Positions 36,194 to 49,342 are shown, numbered from the stretch's first letter. The stretch is 64,000 bases of DNA from Calditrichia bacterium (GCA_963796965.1 CAWCNS010000005.1:928001-992000); one strand, 5' to 3'. Numbers and translations: made by a program. Notes: a model not told the origin generated them from the letters alone.

Positions 36194-36400
36194 AGGATGA
36201 TTTCCTCCATTCAGATTTTATTGAAGTAAGATATCGATATTAGATTTATCGATCCATATCAGACACCTTGTGCTTTATTATATTATCTGGTAAGTTTTTG
36301 CGGGATACAATAAAAGTTAGCAGTCTGTTTCCTTACAAGCAAAAAATTCAACAACCCTATAAATCGTTCAGGTATAAATGGGATAAAGGAAGTTAATAAC

Positions 36401-37420
36401 ATGAAAATCAATCATAAAGTTAACCTGTTACATGTCTTATTTGTATCCATATTAATATACATGAGTATCCTTGTTCAAAGTGGATGTTCTGAAAAAAAAA
36501 CAGCATCCACAATCCATCATTCTTTTCAGATTAGCAATGGATATTTTAGTGGAACCCTTCATGACAATATTTCTAACAAACAGCGGCACGGTTCAGGCTT
36601 TACGCCACTATCTCACCATCTCTACCCCAATCGAAACATATATCATGATGATGCTGTTGGTTTAAATTTTGAACATATTATGAATGGCACAGCAGCCGAT
36701 TTCTCCATATCCCATCTTACCCCACGCAAAGATTCATGCTTAATAAATCGTCTTTCTGATTCTTCTGCTAGTGTCATACATCCGGCAGAATATTCTTCCT
36801 GGTACATCGATAGCAAAATGACCTATACATTGAAAGGCAAGAATTATATCGATTTGGAATTTGTTGCAACTCCAAGAAAAGATAAATTTCCTTTGGGCTA
36901 TGTGGGTTTTATGTGGGCCAGTTATATGAACCGGACCATTGACCGTCGGATATTTTTTAGGGGACTGAACAAAAACCAGGGGGATTGGGTAGCCTTTGGG
37001 GAAGATATAACAGATAGTTTTGAGACTGGGACGATTGCCTATTACAAATCAAAACCCCTGCCCTATGAAAAAGACGCAAAAACACTCAATATCATCGAAC
37101 ATCCTCACAAGAAGTTTATTTTACCCTTCTACTACGGGCTGGTACACGGATCTGGTAATGTGGAGTCAAAAAACGATACAATGGTCTATATAATGATGTT
37201 TGATCAAAAAGAGACCATTCGATTCGCTATGTGGAATTTTATAAGAAATTCAGAGGGTGAAGCCGATACGCATAGCCCGGCCTGGGACTGGCAGTATGTC
37301 ATTCAAAATCCGGAATTAAATAAAGAATATCGTTACAGGGCAAGGATTGTTTACAAACCGTATGCCGGACGTGCAGATATTATTAAGGAATATAAGAATT
37401 GGGTAGGATTAGAGCATTGA
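36401..37420 (+). CDS. Hypothetical lipoprotein (possible beta-sandwich, carbohydrate-active)
   Basis: 339-aa ORF with AAGGA SD and QSGC lipobox; GLNFEH, FMWASY, PAWDWQY. Confidence 0.6.
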   Translation: MKINHKVNLLHVLFVSILIYMSILVQSGCSEKKTASTIHHSFQISNGYFSGTLHDNISNKQRHGSGFTPLSHHLYPNRNIYHDDAVGLNFEHIMNGTAADFSISHLTPRKDSCLINRLSDSSASVIHPAEYSSWYIDSKMTYTLKGKNYIDLEFVATPRKDKFPLGYVGFMWASYMNRTIDRRIFFRGLNKNQGDWVAFGEDITDSFETGTIAYYKSKPLPYEKDAKTLNIIEHPHKKFILPFYYGLVHGSGNVESKNDTMVYIMMFDQKETIRFAMWNFIRNSEGEADTHSPAWDWQYVIQNPELNKEYRYRARIVYKPYAGRADIIKEYKNWVGLEH

Positions 37421-37432
37421 AATTAGGAATTT

Positions 37433-37815
37433 GGATGTGGGATTCGGGATACGAGATACCGGATGTGGATAATTGAAGATTGAATATTTGAATAGGATGT
37501 AATCTAGGATATAGATGTTTCAATATATCGTGAATAATTAATCCTCTACGAGGATTTTTTATTAGTGGTGTTGGACGTTTTCTACAATACTTAAACCTCT
37601 ACAAGGTTTAATACGGGGAGGGATTTAACTTTTAATAAATCTCATGTATAACACTATTAAGTCCTCGTAGAGGAAAAATTATTGTAAAACTAAGCGATAC
37701 TAAAAATATCATCCTTGTAGAGGATGCATCAAAACTGATCATTCCCCCTAACCAGCCCCAATATCCCATATCTTATTTCTCATATCTCATATCGCGTATC
37801 CCGTATCCCACATCC
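37433..37815. repeat. Nested inverted-repeat cluster
   Basis: Outer ggatgtgggattcgggatacgagata / tatcgcgtatcccgtatcccacatcc; inner cctctacgagg / cctcgtagagg and cctctacaagg / ccttgtagagg. Confidence 0.75.
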
Positions 37816-37860
37816 AATCCTCAATTTTCCCGATCAATGATGTTGTCCTCATTAAAAAAT

Positions 37861-38110
37861 CTACTCAAATACAATCCGATATGTATCCTTTAATTTTTCA
37901 GATTTTCTGAACAAATTTATCCGGTACAAGGCTTCACCCCATAATTTTCTGAGATTTTCATCTTCCAAGGCAATCTTTTCGATCTCAACGTCAAAATACC
38001 CTGAAGGATAGTAGACGTGTAGTGACGGGCTATCCACTGAGCTAAATTCTAACCTTCCTTCTTCTTCAAGCGTGGGTTTACAGAGGGACATGAGATGTAA
38101 TTGCGGTATT
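37861..38110 (-). pseudogene. Orphan C-terminal fragment resembling a heparinase II/III-family protein
   Basis: EIEKIALEDENLRKLWGEALYRINL; no N-terminal part upstream. Confidence 0.5.
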
Positions 38111-38223
38111 GGTTAATTTGCATAATTCTTGATGTAGCAAGAGGATGTTTTTTCCATATAACTTAAGTAAAAACATCCCCCTAACCCCCTTCAAAGGGGG
38201 AATAGATTTTGCCCATTCAAAAT

Positions 38224-38784
38224 TTATAAATCTTTCATGACTTTGATGACAACTTTACGAATTTCACCATCGCTAACCATCGGTGCATGGGCATCATCAG
38301 GTGTAAATATTGTAAAATATCCTGGTCCTACTTTAGTCCAGGTTTGGGGTTCGTCGTTAAAAAATCCAATATCCTCACTCTCATTATAGGGCGTCTCAAC
38401 AGATTTACAGTCAGAGGTTGGCCGCCAGCCCATTTCATCAGTACCACTAATAACATATTGAATATCAATATATTTACGATGGGATTCTAGCTTGGCTTCA
38501 GCCTTACTTTGCCCCATACCTTTTTGAATCATAGCAAAAATTCGATCACCATCGATCTCATATTTTCCATCTGGTATGTCAGCCAATGATTCCTGTTTTA
38601 AATAATTAAAGGCCTTTTCAAAGTTGGGATGCATTTCATAATATTTGTTGGCATTTTTAAGCGTATCATAAATCATCTTTCTCTCCTTCATGGGCGATTC
38701 GGAACAATTGATAAAATTTGCCATAACAAAAATAAATAATAAAAAAACTCTAATAATTTGTTTGGTTATACCATAATGTTTCAT
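38224..38784 (-). CDS. YhcH/YjgK/YiaL (NanQ-like) family protein with N-terminal extension
   Basis: GKYEIDGDRIF, ESHRKYIDIQY, IFTPDDAHAP, RKVVIKV. Confidence 0.88.
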   Translation of the reverse strand: MKHYGITKQIIRVFLLFIFVMANFINCSESPMKERKMIYDTLKNANKYYEMHPNFEKAFNYLKQESLADIPDGKYEIDGDRIFAMIQKGMGQSKAEAKLESHRKYIDIQYVISGTDEMGWRPTSDCKSVETPYNESEDIGFFNDEPQTWTKVGPGYFTIFTPDDAHAPMVSDGEIRKVVIKVMKDL

Positions 38785-39029
38785 TTCATTCTCCTAATAT
38801 AAATTATAAATCAGCATTACCTGTTATTTGAAGACGGTATTATATTCTCCCAAAACATCATCCATAGGGACATTAATAATAGTTATAATTATTGATCATG
38901 TCCAGACCTATTTAATTTACTACTCAATAGATTTACAGAGGAGAAATTCCAAATGATTAAAAACAATCTCCTTCGTCTTATATGACAGGAGAGGCAATTT
39001 CATCTAAGTAATTATTTCAGTAAACATAG

Positions 39030-41295
39030 TCAGAAGCCATACCGAACAGAAGCCCAGAAACTACGACCATATCCATCTACACCTGATCCATGAAGACGAT
39101 AGGTCTCATCTAATAGATTTATAAACCCCAGGCTGCACATCAAGGTTTGTATAGAATAGCCGATACGAAAGTTTAAAACACTCCAGCCAGGAGTTCCACC
39201 AGGAGGGATACGGTGGTCATCTACGTCGCCCCCTGACAAACGATCTTGTATTGTTGCGAATTGCCATTCAATTTCGCTCCAAAACCCGATTTGTGCTTTG
39301 TATCGGAGGCCAAGTTGGCCATACAAAGGCGGAATCCTTCTCATGGGTTCATTCTTAGTTTCGTTTTGCCCGTAGGTATAAACCAGATGACCAAAGGCGG
39401 CAGTTTCATGGGGTAACCCGATCTCGAAATCACCCTCAAAGCCATATAAGTAGGCCTTAGCTGAGTTTTCCTTTTTATAGACACGTTCTCCCTCAAAAGT
39501 GGGACTACCAAGATAGGTGGATGGGGTCCGGTCAATAAGGTTAAAAAGTTGTGAACGGTACAGGACCAATGCGCTTGCAAAACGATCCATGCGGACTTTA
39601 TAACCAAGCTCGAGGGTAAATGAATTTTCCGGTGCAAGGTTCGCACTAGGAACTTCAATTCCAAAATCAAAAGAACCAAATGAACTCATATCATTGATAT
39701 TAGGAGAACGAAAACCCGTATTCATAGAAAATGTGATATGGTGTTGGTCGTGAACCCGGTAAAGAACAGAAGCATTACTTACAAGAGTCTGTCGGATTAA
39801 CATTTAATTCGCCAAATAATTCATCTTTTGCAGACACATGGAAAGCATTAAAACGAATCCCCAAGTTCAATAGCCAACGATCGAATTTGAGTGAATGAGA
39901 GGAGTATAGCGCCAGACTATTTGCCGAAGATCCATCAGGATATAGACCACGTCGTTGGGTTTCCTCACCGGTAGTGGTTTCCGTGTCTCTGGCCCAACTG
40001 CCTACCATATCATGGTACCATTCAAGGCCTGATATGGCCTTCCAAATGGAACTTAAATCTGAATGGATCTCAATTGTTGCCCCCCACGTATCCACTTCAT
40101 CTCCCTCATTCCGAACCACTGTCTGATCTTGCTTTTGCTTGATCCGCTCTTCAAGACTGCGATGATAGGATAAGGTGAGTTGAACCTGCTGAAACCAGTT
40201 ATTATCAAAAAATGATTGAGAGCGTAAATAGCCGAATTGACGAATCTGTGGGTCAAAACTGTATCGTGCATAACCGCGTTGGGCTACCTGATCAAATCGG
40301 GGCACATCTTCCTGATGAACCTGCTGATAAGCAACAGTTAGCAGATGGGTTGAAGAAAGCAAAAACAATCCCTTAAAGTCTCCCGAGATCTCATCATAAC
40401 CCGAAGGTGTTTGGGTTCCTAAATCACCCCCAGCCACGATATCTCCGAATCTACGTATATCAAAACCGCCATAAACTGACCATTTTGGTGCATTGGCCTG
40501 TATTTCAGCACGGATACTGCGATCCATATCTCGGTTCATGAAACGGAGCCCAACATTTCCGGAGATGTTCATACCTTCATTCGAGAATCTGGGTTTTTTT
40601 GTGAGGATATTAATGACACCGCCGAGTGCATCACTTCCATAAAGTACCGAGCCCGCCCCGCGAATAACTTCAGCACGTTCAATGGCATTGGGAGCGATGG
40701 TATTGAGGTATTGGTTTGGACCATAGCGGAAAGTAGCATTATTCAGCCGGATTCCATCTATCATAATTAGAACCTGATTACCAGTTAATCCTCGAATAAA
40801 AGGGGATCCACCGCCGTGGTTGGTTTTTTGCATCCAGACACCATTCACCCCCATGAGTGCTTCTGGTGTAGAGCGCAAAGATTTTCGACTGAGTTCGATA
40901 CGCTCCACCGTCGAGACAGCTACCGGAACATCGAATGGTCTGCTCTCATAGCGTTGTGCCGTCACCACAATCGCTTCCGTCGTCAGGAGAATTGTCGGCT
41001 GCAGGACGATTGTAATCTCGCTGGCTGATTCCCGGGAGACAACAATATCACGCTCCATCACCTCATATCCCGGAGAGGAAGCACGCAACCGATAGGTACC
41101 AGGTTCAAGTGGTGTGATAGAAAATGTCCCCTTATCGGAACTGGTACCCCGGAATGGTGTTCCGGCAATATCTATAGCAACTGCGGGTATGGGTTGACCT
41201 GTCGTTTCGTCATTGACAATGCCTACAATCGAATTGGACAGAACAATCGTGGGAACAAATAAACTTACAACAACAAAGGTGATAAAGCGATGCAT
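39030..41295 (-). CDS. TonB-dependent receptor (heme/B12/siderophore-like plug; frameshift ~39790)
   Basis: KTNHGGGSPFIRGL, DGIRLNN, EVIRGAGSVLYGSDALGG, C-terminal GRSFWASVRYGF. Confidence 0.9.
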
Positions 41296-41452
41296 CCTGA
41301 ATCCTTATATTGGGCGATACACATGATATACAAATATTATAGATTAATCAATTTACGAATATCAAGAAACTCCATTTTGGTTTCATCTGTACAAGATTAA
41401 AAATTGATAGAAGTAAAAGATAACCACAAGACATCAATTTTATTATCTAATT

Positions 41453-43867
41453 TTAATTATTTCTCTTTTCCATTTTTAATAGCCGTAGCACTGGTAAATC
41501 ATCCTCGATAAAAGCCCGATGGAAACACGTAATTCTACCGTCTTCACCTCCAAGAAAAAGATCCAACCTTCCATCTCCGTCAAAATCAATCACCTCCGGT
41601 GAGGTGCTATGCTCGCTCGTTCGGGGAATGTCCTTTTTTATAATTTCACCCCGCCAGGTAAATTTTGGATTCGCTTCGAGCCCAATATTTTCAAACCATC
41701 CCCCATGCTTTGTCTTTTTTAGAAAAGACTTGGTTTCTCCAAAAAGTCCATGTGCATTATGAATTATATCCAGATCACCATCCCGATCCCAATCAGCCAT
41801 CGCAATCCGCGCACGACCAGATTTCCTTCCCGCCAATTCAGAAATTCGTATGGGATCCCCATCTTGATTTAAAAAGCAACGTAGACCTTTTTTTAACCAC
41901 TTTTCACCATTTTTCAGAAGCGACTGATAAAATGCCAGGAAGCCCTCATGGTCAAGTGCAACATAATCCACTAATCCATCCCTGTTCCAATCAATGACTG
42001 CCGGACGGCATCGGGGGAAAGTAACTAACTGTGTTGATTCCGGCTGCCACCAATTAAATTCTGGTTTCGGTGGCTTCTCAGTCCAGGCAACTTTTAATAG
42101 TTCTGCTTGTGCTAAAACGGGTTGATTTTTAGTTCCGGTATTTTTAAAAAAATGATGCTCTCCTTTAATATCAGATAAAAGTAAATCGAGGTCACCATCT
42201 TCATCCCAATCAGCAACTGTAGGCATTGTGTAACCGTATTTGGCTTCATCGGGTCCCTGAATTGATCCACTATTATAAGCAAGGATTCTTATTTCCTGGC
42301 CCCCTGCTTTCAATTTTTGACCTTTTGCATAAATAAATTTTATTGATGATGAACTTATATTTTCATGATATTCGACAAACCCGGATGAATTTCCGGAAAG
42401 TAAATCATAATCACCATCACTATCCCAATCACAGACTACCGGAACAGAAAGACATCCAAAATCTATATCCGGATCCTGTTGAAGTATAAATCTCTCAATG
42501 TCAAACTTTCCATTTCCAAGATTTTTTATCCATGTGGGACGGCCATCTTCGTTGCCCAATAAAATATCAACTTTCCTATCGCCATCCCAATCAACCAGTT
42601 TTGGTCGGACATAAATCCCAAAAGGATCCTGGTTGTTATTCGTTTTTATTAATCGACCTTTCTCAAACCCAGGTGGAGAACTAGTACCCACATTTTGAAA
42701 ATAAATGAGCTGAAAAGAATTTCCAGCCAGTAGATCTTGATCACCATCGCCATCCACATCTCCTGCAGAGATGGCAAGAGAGCCATATATTTCAATTGGC
42801 ATGCCACCGGCTTCTACCGGTAGGGGTTTATCGTAATCCGGCCTTATATTTGAACCGATGTTTTTATAAAAGACAATCGCGTTTCTCTCATTGCTTCCCA
42901 TCCACACACCCAAGGGTGAATAAGGCGGCTGGGTTGGATCCCAAACGGCATGAGACGGAAATAGATTGGGAGAAATTCTCTGGCTTGTAATCAAATCATC
43001 AACAGCATCACCATCCCAATCAAGAAATATGGCTTTTGCTGTAGCAGGGTGCGGCAATTCATCCAATCTGGAAAGTATGTAATTGCCCGGAGACTTATTC
43101 AGTTTAAATAGTTCCTTATCTAACAAAATTTCTAAGTGACCATCCTTATCCCAGTCAATGAGCTGGAACTCTTTTTTTATATCATATATTCTCTTTCCGG
43201 AATTTAACAGAGGGCTATGAGCTGAACCGATATTTTCATAATAATAGATTCCCTGTTTATCAGGTACGCCGCTAAAACCGACAAATAAGTCAACATCACC
43301 ATCCTTATCAAGGTCCGTCGCATCAATAATTTCGTTGTATCCACCACTAATAGGCGCCTGCACATTATGCTGACCATACGACAAAAAATCGCCATCACCA
43401 ATTATAGGGATTTCAGCCATCGATTTCTGCGGGCCAAAACCTTTTTTTGAAAAGTAGAGTGCAAAAGTTTTAGCCTGTTTTAGGTGAGTACGCCAACTGA
43501 TTTTAATTTTATTGGAGGAATGATCCACTTTTGAACGGGAGGGGATGTAATATTCTTCCTCTGATCTGGCCATTCTGTGTTTAATTGGTCTTTGGTTCTT
43601 ATCATATTGAACTACCCGGATACTGGCTAAATTTATCTCATCCAAATTTATTTTATATCGATCTTTAATGTCATCTTGATCGAGATCAAAGGAAAAAGGA
43701 AGGGTTGCATATTTCGGGTTCGATTTCCCGGCTGTTAGAATTATACGATATTGATTATCACCAACCCAGGTAATTTCAGAAGCCAAAGTATTCGAAATAA
43801 TTACAAAGATCAAAAAAAGGATCAGTATCAATCCAAATTTAGGAATAGGTTTTATTGTGTTATTCAT
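41453..43867 (-). CDS. Secreted FG-GAP/VCBS-repeat beta-propeller protein
   Basis: Many DWDxDGDxDLL motifs. Confidence 0.85.
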   Translation of the reverse strand: MNNTIKPIPKFGLILILFLIFVIISNTLASEITWVGDNQYRIILTAGKSNPKYATLPFSFDLDQDDIKDRYKINLDEINLASIRVVQYDKNQRPIKHRMARSEEEYYIPSRSKVDHSSNKIKISWRTHLKQAKTFALYFSKKGFGPQKSMAEIPIIGDGDFLSYGQHNVQAPISGGYNEIIDATDLDKDGDVDLFVGFSGVPDKQGIYYYENIGSAHSPLLNSGKRIYDIKKEFQLIDWDKDGHLEILLDKELFKLNKSPGNYILSRLDELPHPATAKAIFLDWDGDAVDDLITSQRISPNLFPSHAVWDPTQPPYSPLGVWMGSNERNAIVFYKNIGSNIRPDYDKPLPVEAGGMPIEIYGSLAISAGDVDGDGDQDLLAGNSFQLIYFQNVGTSSPPGFEKGRLIKTNNNQDPFGIYVRPKLVDWDGDRKVDILLGNEDGRPTWIKNLGNGKFDIERFILQQDPDIDFGCLSVPVVCDWDSDGDYDLLSGNSSGFVEYHENISSSSIKFIYAKGQKLKAGGQEIRILAYNSGSIQGPDEAKYGYTMPTVADWDEDGDLDLLLSDIKGEHHFFKNTGTKNQPVLAQAELLKVAWTEKPPKPEFNWWQPESTQLVTFPRCRPAVIDWNRDGLVDYVALDHEGFLAFYQSLLKNGEKWLKKGLRCFLNQDGDPIRISELAGRKSGRARIAMADWDRDGDLDIIHNAHGLFGETKSFLKKTKHGGWFENIGLEANPKFTWRGEIIKKDIPRTSEHSTSPEVIDFDGDGRLDLFLGGEDGRITCFHRAFIEDDLPVLRLLKMEKRNN

Positions 43868-43977
43868 CGGTCACTATCCACGAGTTTGATTGAGATACTA
43901 ATGAGGTAGAAAGGCTGATTATTAAAAGAAAGATAAGAACCGATTTGAATTCTCCTATTTTAATCAATAATTAAAAT

Positions 43978-46795
43978 TTATATTTTCGAAGCGAAGGCAT
44001 AACTACCTGATCCAATTTCAAATACGGCACAGCCTTTATCCATACGAATATATTTTACGCCAACAACTTCAATGGCTGGATGCCCCCCTTCTGATACATC
44101 AGTGAGTTTTTTGGCTGGAACATATACTGTTGCAGTTGTATTAGTTGGGACTTCAATGTCCATGCTGAATACACTTTCCTCCATTTCCCAATTACAGACA
44201 ACACGACCATACATGGAATTATGATAGCAATTAACCCAAGTCAAATCACCGACGATCTCCGGTTTAATTATGATTTTCTTAAACGCCGGGACTGCAGGAT
44301 CAAGACGAATACCGCCTAATCCCTGGTAGAACCAGCTGCCCGGACTTGCAAAACAAGAATGAATCTGGGACCAGTATCCATTCCATTGTTCCCAGAATGT
44401 GGTCGCCCCCCGGGAAATCATGTAACCCCAGCTGGGATATGTCTTCTGGCTGTATATCCCGTAAAGGAGATCACTTCGGCCGGCTTCATGCAAATATTGT
44501 ATCAGAAAGTAAGTACCCAGCATACCGGTGTCGAGGTGTCCGCTGTTTTTTACCAGGATTAAATCTTCTAACTTTGTTTGTACAGTTTCACGCAATGATT
44601 CCGGCACAATACCAGTCATGAGCGGCATGACCTGGTAAACTTGTTCATCGAGGCCGTACTGATTATTCTTCACATTATAAAAAGTCTCATGAATAGCAGG
44701 CCTGATACTATCGAGCAATGCAGCATATTGATCAGCATCGGATATTTTTCCCAGGGCTCGAGCCGCACCTTCCATTATCTGCCACAAATACAGCCGGTAC
44801 CCGTTGTTAAATATCTCACATGCGAGAGTTTCCGGCCAGTTCCCGCTGTCCATTCCCCGACGGGGCGGTACCCAGTCTCCGAGAAACTGTTCTCTGCCCA
44901 ATGTTTCCTGTCTGAGGATATTATCCGTACTCTTACTTTCAAGAAATTGAGCGTATTTCAGCATAAAATCATATGCCTGCTCGAGCAGACGGGTATCACC
45001 GTAATAAAGATACATCTTCCATGGCAAAACACTTCCGAGACCTCCCCAACCCGGACCTCCCCAGGATTCCACAAAATGTGGAGATGTATGGGGAAACTGA
45101 CCGGTTTTAGAGTCCTGGTCAACCATCCAATCATTAGCCCACTTAGTGTAGAACGAGGCAGCATTCCGGTTCATAATCTGTGTTTCAATTGAAGTCTGGC
45201 CATCTCCATACCCCATCCTCTCCCGATGGGGACAATCAGCCATTTGTCCTCCCAGGTTAAGGCAGCGAATCGTCCAGGTGTTTACTTCGTGTATACGGTT
45301 AAAAAGTTCCTTAGAGCAGGCAAAAGAACCAGCAGGCTCCAGATCAGTTTCAATAAGAAGCGCTTCTGCATCGTTTGTTCCCGGGGCACTCGCCAAGCCT
45401 TGGACAATGACGTAGCGAAATCCATGATAATTAAATTTTGAACAGAACTGCTCATTAGTTTTTCCTGCAGAAATAAATTCATCGATTTGCTTGTATGTCT
45501 GGTAAGTAACCTGTCCATTGGGAGTATCAACAGTCCATTGTGAATTCGGCTTAATAAAACCGGCAGGTGTATTTTCACCGTTAGGATCATCAAACCGTCT
45601 ATCTGAATAACGCAAGGTAACTTTTTGTCCGGAAACCAAGGCTGCCAGATTCAATCGTACCCAGCCAGTAAGATTCATCCCAAAATCCAATTCCCAGGTA
45701 TCCGAACCCAGATCTGTCACCGCCTTCAGCGGAATCACCTCACCGATACGGTTGGCTGGACAAGACTGTGCGACTACCTTTCCTGAAGGTGTAGAAACTT
45801 CTACTACCGGCAGAAACAATTCCTCAGGACCGTCTACTTCGCTCCACTTATCTATAGCACGTCTGGCATCGATGCACTCTCCCCCCATATTATTCCAGCT
45901 CCAGGTTCCAAGGCGGCTGTGAGAGCTGGGGGCACAGGTCCAATTACTGTCTGTGCCGATCAGTAGATTCTGACCACCGGCAGATACTTCAAACTGTGCG
46001 CGGACGAGAGGGATGGTGTTCTCCCAAGATTGGCTTCGGGTCCACCCTTGACCAAGCCAGATTCCGACACAATTGTTTCCAGACTCTATAAATGAACTAA
46101 TGTCGTAAGTCCTGTAGAACAAATGTTTATCAATACCAGTGACAGCTGGAGTAAGCACATCATCTCCTACTTTCTTTCCATTCACATAGAGCTCGTAGTA
46201 ACCCCGCACGTTCACATAAGCCACAGTCTGACTCAGGCGAGGCTTTCAATGTAAAGGTGCGACGAATATAAACTGCATCAGTGGAATCGGGAATGGGTAC
46301 ACTGGAACCTGGCAGCTGGACTACTTCGGTACTGATCCACTTTGCCTGCCAATCCGAAACATTAAGGAGGCCCATTGTCCACAGGGCCGTTTCACTCCAT
46401 GCAGAAGCTACACCGTCTTTATCCCAAACCATGACTTTCCAGTAACACCGCGATCGGGATTGAAGTGTTTTACCTTGATAAACTACATGAATGGACTGAT
46501 CTGATTCTATCTTGTCTGTGTCCCAAAGATCACCAATGTCTTTTGCAAGATTTTCACGAGAACTAGCAACGAGCACGCGATAAGCGGTTTGTATCTGACC
46601 GCGCTGCTTAGATTCAAGTTGCCAGCTCAAACGCGGCAAGTCAATATCAATACCCATTGGGTTTATCAGGTACTCACATCGCAAATCAGAAACCTTTATC
46701 TCCAAACCCGCAGATAAGCTACCATACAGGCACCCAAGGGCCACTATAATCATGATTGATAATAACTTCATGGTTACCTCAATTAGGTTATACAA
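43978..46795 (-). CDS. Alpha-L-rhamnosidase (GH78), frameshift ~46230
   Basis: LRCEYLINPMGID.PRLSW, DFGMNLTGW, FNYHGFRYV, DCPHRERMGYGD, GATTFWEQW. Confidence 0.92.
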
Positions 46796-46948
46796 CCAAA
46801 TTCAAATTTCCTGATTGACATAACTTTGTATCGTTTGACTATATATCTATTCTTTTTTTTAAACAAGAAAATCCCGACAAAACCGGGATCCAAAAGACGG
46901 ACAGGATTTACAGGATTTCATCATTAATAGGTCTCATTTTATAGATCG

Positions 46949-48049
46949 TTATCTTGTAAAATTCTCCCTTTTATAATGATAGGACTCCCCCCAAGTCATC
47001 AAAATCAGAGGCGTATCGTAACCAACATTGAGACTTCCCCCAAATCTGTCTGATCCGATTTTCCTCTGATAGGTCAGCCAGTAGGGTTCACGATGATCAA
47101 TCGTATGTCCCATCTCATTCTCATGTCCAGTAATAATTAATGCCGGATTAAAGCCTTTTGCAACCCTGACGATATCTCTTGTCCAACAATTGGGCATAAG
47201 CACATCCACAACATGATGATTACCGACCTCATCGATCCATTCAAAGTCCTCGTTATTATATTGATCACCCATTTGTGAGAATGAAAGCCCCCCGGGAGTG
47301 ATAACAAGTACAACATTATTCTCAATCTCTTCCCCCTGATGACCCGGATATACGATTACTTTTAAATCCTGTTGCCCGCCTTGAATAGAAAGTGTCTGTT
47401 CGGTATGCGGCTCTCTTTTCAAGTGTGTAATATGTGCATAAATAGACTTATCTTTCCATACCTCGGGAGGAGCGACAACCGGCTTGCCCTGATCAATAAA
47501 TGATTGCGCGACCCATTCTTCTGCATGATCACCATGCCTATGGCTAATAAAAAGGACATCACATTGATCAATAAGCCTGCGCATCTCATCATTTCCCATG
47601 GAAAATTCCTCAACACGTACCGATTTTCCGCTTACCAGATCAAATCCTATTGTCACAGATTTGGTTCGAATTAAGAATCCATGATTATATAATTTCCATA
47701 TACGGGCACCATATATTATTTTTGTCTTCTCAATTTCATCAATAGCCTTCTTTATAAGCGTTTTAAAAAAATTTTGCACAGGAGGTCTTTGTGGCGCATA
47801 TACATCATGCAAGACACCATCCAAGAGTAAAAGTGCACTCCGTCTGGCTGCTGGTTCCGGCCAGCCGGGAGGGTAATCAGAAAATACTTATTTGTCTGAT
47901 AAAGCAGCGCTTCCGCCTGATTATTGAGGAATATGTTCTGTGTTTCGTTAAGTGCCGGATCGATCAGATCGGGTTAGCGATTGGTTTTGCTGCGCATACC
48001 CAACTGTCATTAATAACAGAGAACAAACTATAACTAAATTTTTTTTCAT
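46949..48049 (-). CDS. MBL-fold metallo-hydrolase, secreted (frameshift ~47830)
   Basis: ATG 48049 MKKNLVIVCSLLL signal; LYNHGF, ISHRHGDH, MGDQ, TGHENE. Confidence 0.75.
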
Positions 48050-48112
48050 TGATAGACCACCTTGAATTCTAATAATCAATAAATTTCCATCCAACCTATG
48101 ATAAAATCAATT

Positions 48113-49342
48113 TTAATCCCCAATGGTAATATTATAAGGCATTTCGTCTTTATCTATACAGCCCATGGCTTGAATTACAGCATTCTTATTTAAAATAGTG
48201 AAGGGCTGTTTTGAAGCATAGTTTCTCATTCTGCTCCCAAAAATGCTTATCGTCAGCCTTTTATCTCCTCTCACTGTCATGAAATCCCACGATTCTCCCA
48301 GATTGGAAATAGCACCGTTATCTCCGGAGAACGACTCGACATTCGTAAGTGAAGTATGTCCCTGCCCTTCAATTACAATCGGATGAATATCCTCCAGTTT
48401 TTCTCCAGTGTTAGCAATAATAGATCCCTGGGAAATCATCCAGTTTCTGTTTTTGGTATTATTTCCTGATTTGTATATGCCAATGGTTACACAATCGAGA
48501 TTGAAATTAGTCAATTGCCCATAAGATTCCGGTCCAAGAAAAATTCCGCCGTAGGTTCCGAAAGTAAAAATATCAATCATCTGAGCATTGTCCGTATGAT
48601 TAATACGATAGGCAAAACTTTTCTTTGCCACCACCGCATCCACAACTTCTTTTTTAAATTGACCTTTTATTTGTCTTTGAACTGCAGGATTTACATGGCA
48701 ATTCAGAATTCTTGGAATATCATAGCAATAATCTATTCGTATAAACTCACCACTTAGTGGATATCCATAACAATGCTGGATGAGAATCAATTCACAGGCA
48801 TTTTGTCTTGTCCCATTAAAATCCATTGCCAAATATTCACCATAAAAAGTCAAATTCATTAAGGTGACACCTTCTGTTTTATGTGTTTTTGATACCTGGA
48901 TAGTCGGCGGATAGGCAATGATTTTCTGCGGATCATTAATAGTCTGATCAGGATACCAAAATTGTATACCCTTGATCTGGGTGCTGCTCTCAACGCTAAT
49001 GAATACATTTTCTTTGTCAGTTATGGAGAACACACTTCCTACCGGGTGGTTAGATTTTGGATGTTTGGTACCTCTGGGAACCGGACCATGAACACCGATC
49101 AATGATACATTTTTCTTTAAGACGAGACCTCCTGCAATTTGATAGGGCTTTTCAGTAGGCTCCACGAAGAGGGCTGCCCCGGATGAAGCCGCCCAGTCGA
49201 TGGCTTTTTGAAGATTTATCTTATTCGTTTGTGGATCGTTCTCGGACAATACATCAAATTTCTGGATACTTGTTCCCGCATATTGGGAGAAGGAATGGGA
49301 GCAGGTCAGTAATAGAACAACAAGGATTTTTAGAAATTTCAT
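48113..49342 (-). CDS. Secreted pectin-lyase-fold (right-handed beta-helix) protein
   Basis: Signal peptide; LQKAIDWA..GAALFV, NVSLIG, QFWYPDQ, CYGYPL. Confidence 0.7.
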   Translation of the reverse strand: MKFLKILVVLLLTCSHSFSQYAGTSIQKFDVLSENDPQTNKINLQKAIDWAASSGAALFVEPTEKPYQIAGGLVLKKNVSLIGVHGPVPRGTKHPKSNHPVGSVFSITDKENVFISVESSTQIKGIQFWYPDQTINDPQKIIAYPPTIQVSKTHKTEGVTLMNLTFYGEYLAMDFNGTRQNACELILIQHCYGYPLSGEFIRIDYCYDIPRILNCHVNPAVQRQIKGQFKKEVVDAVVAKKSFAYRINHTDNAQMIDIFTFGTYGGIFLGPESYGQLTNFNLDCVTIGIYKSGNNTKNRNWMISQGSIIANTGEKLEDIHPIVIEGQGHTSLTNVESFSGDNGAISNLGESWDFMTVRGDKRLTISIFGSRMRNYASKQPFTILNKNAVIQAMGCIDKDEMPYNITIGD

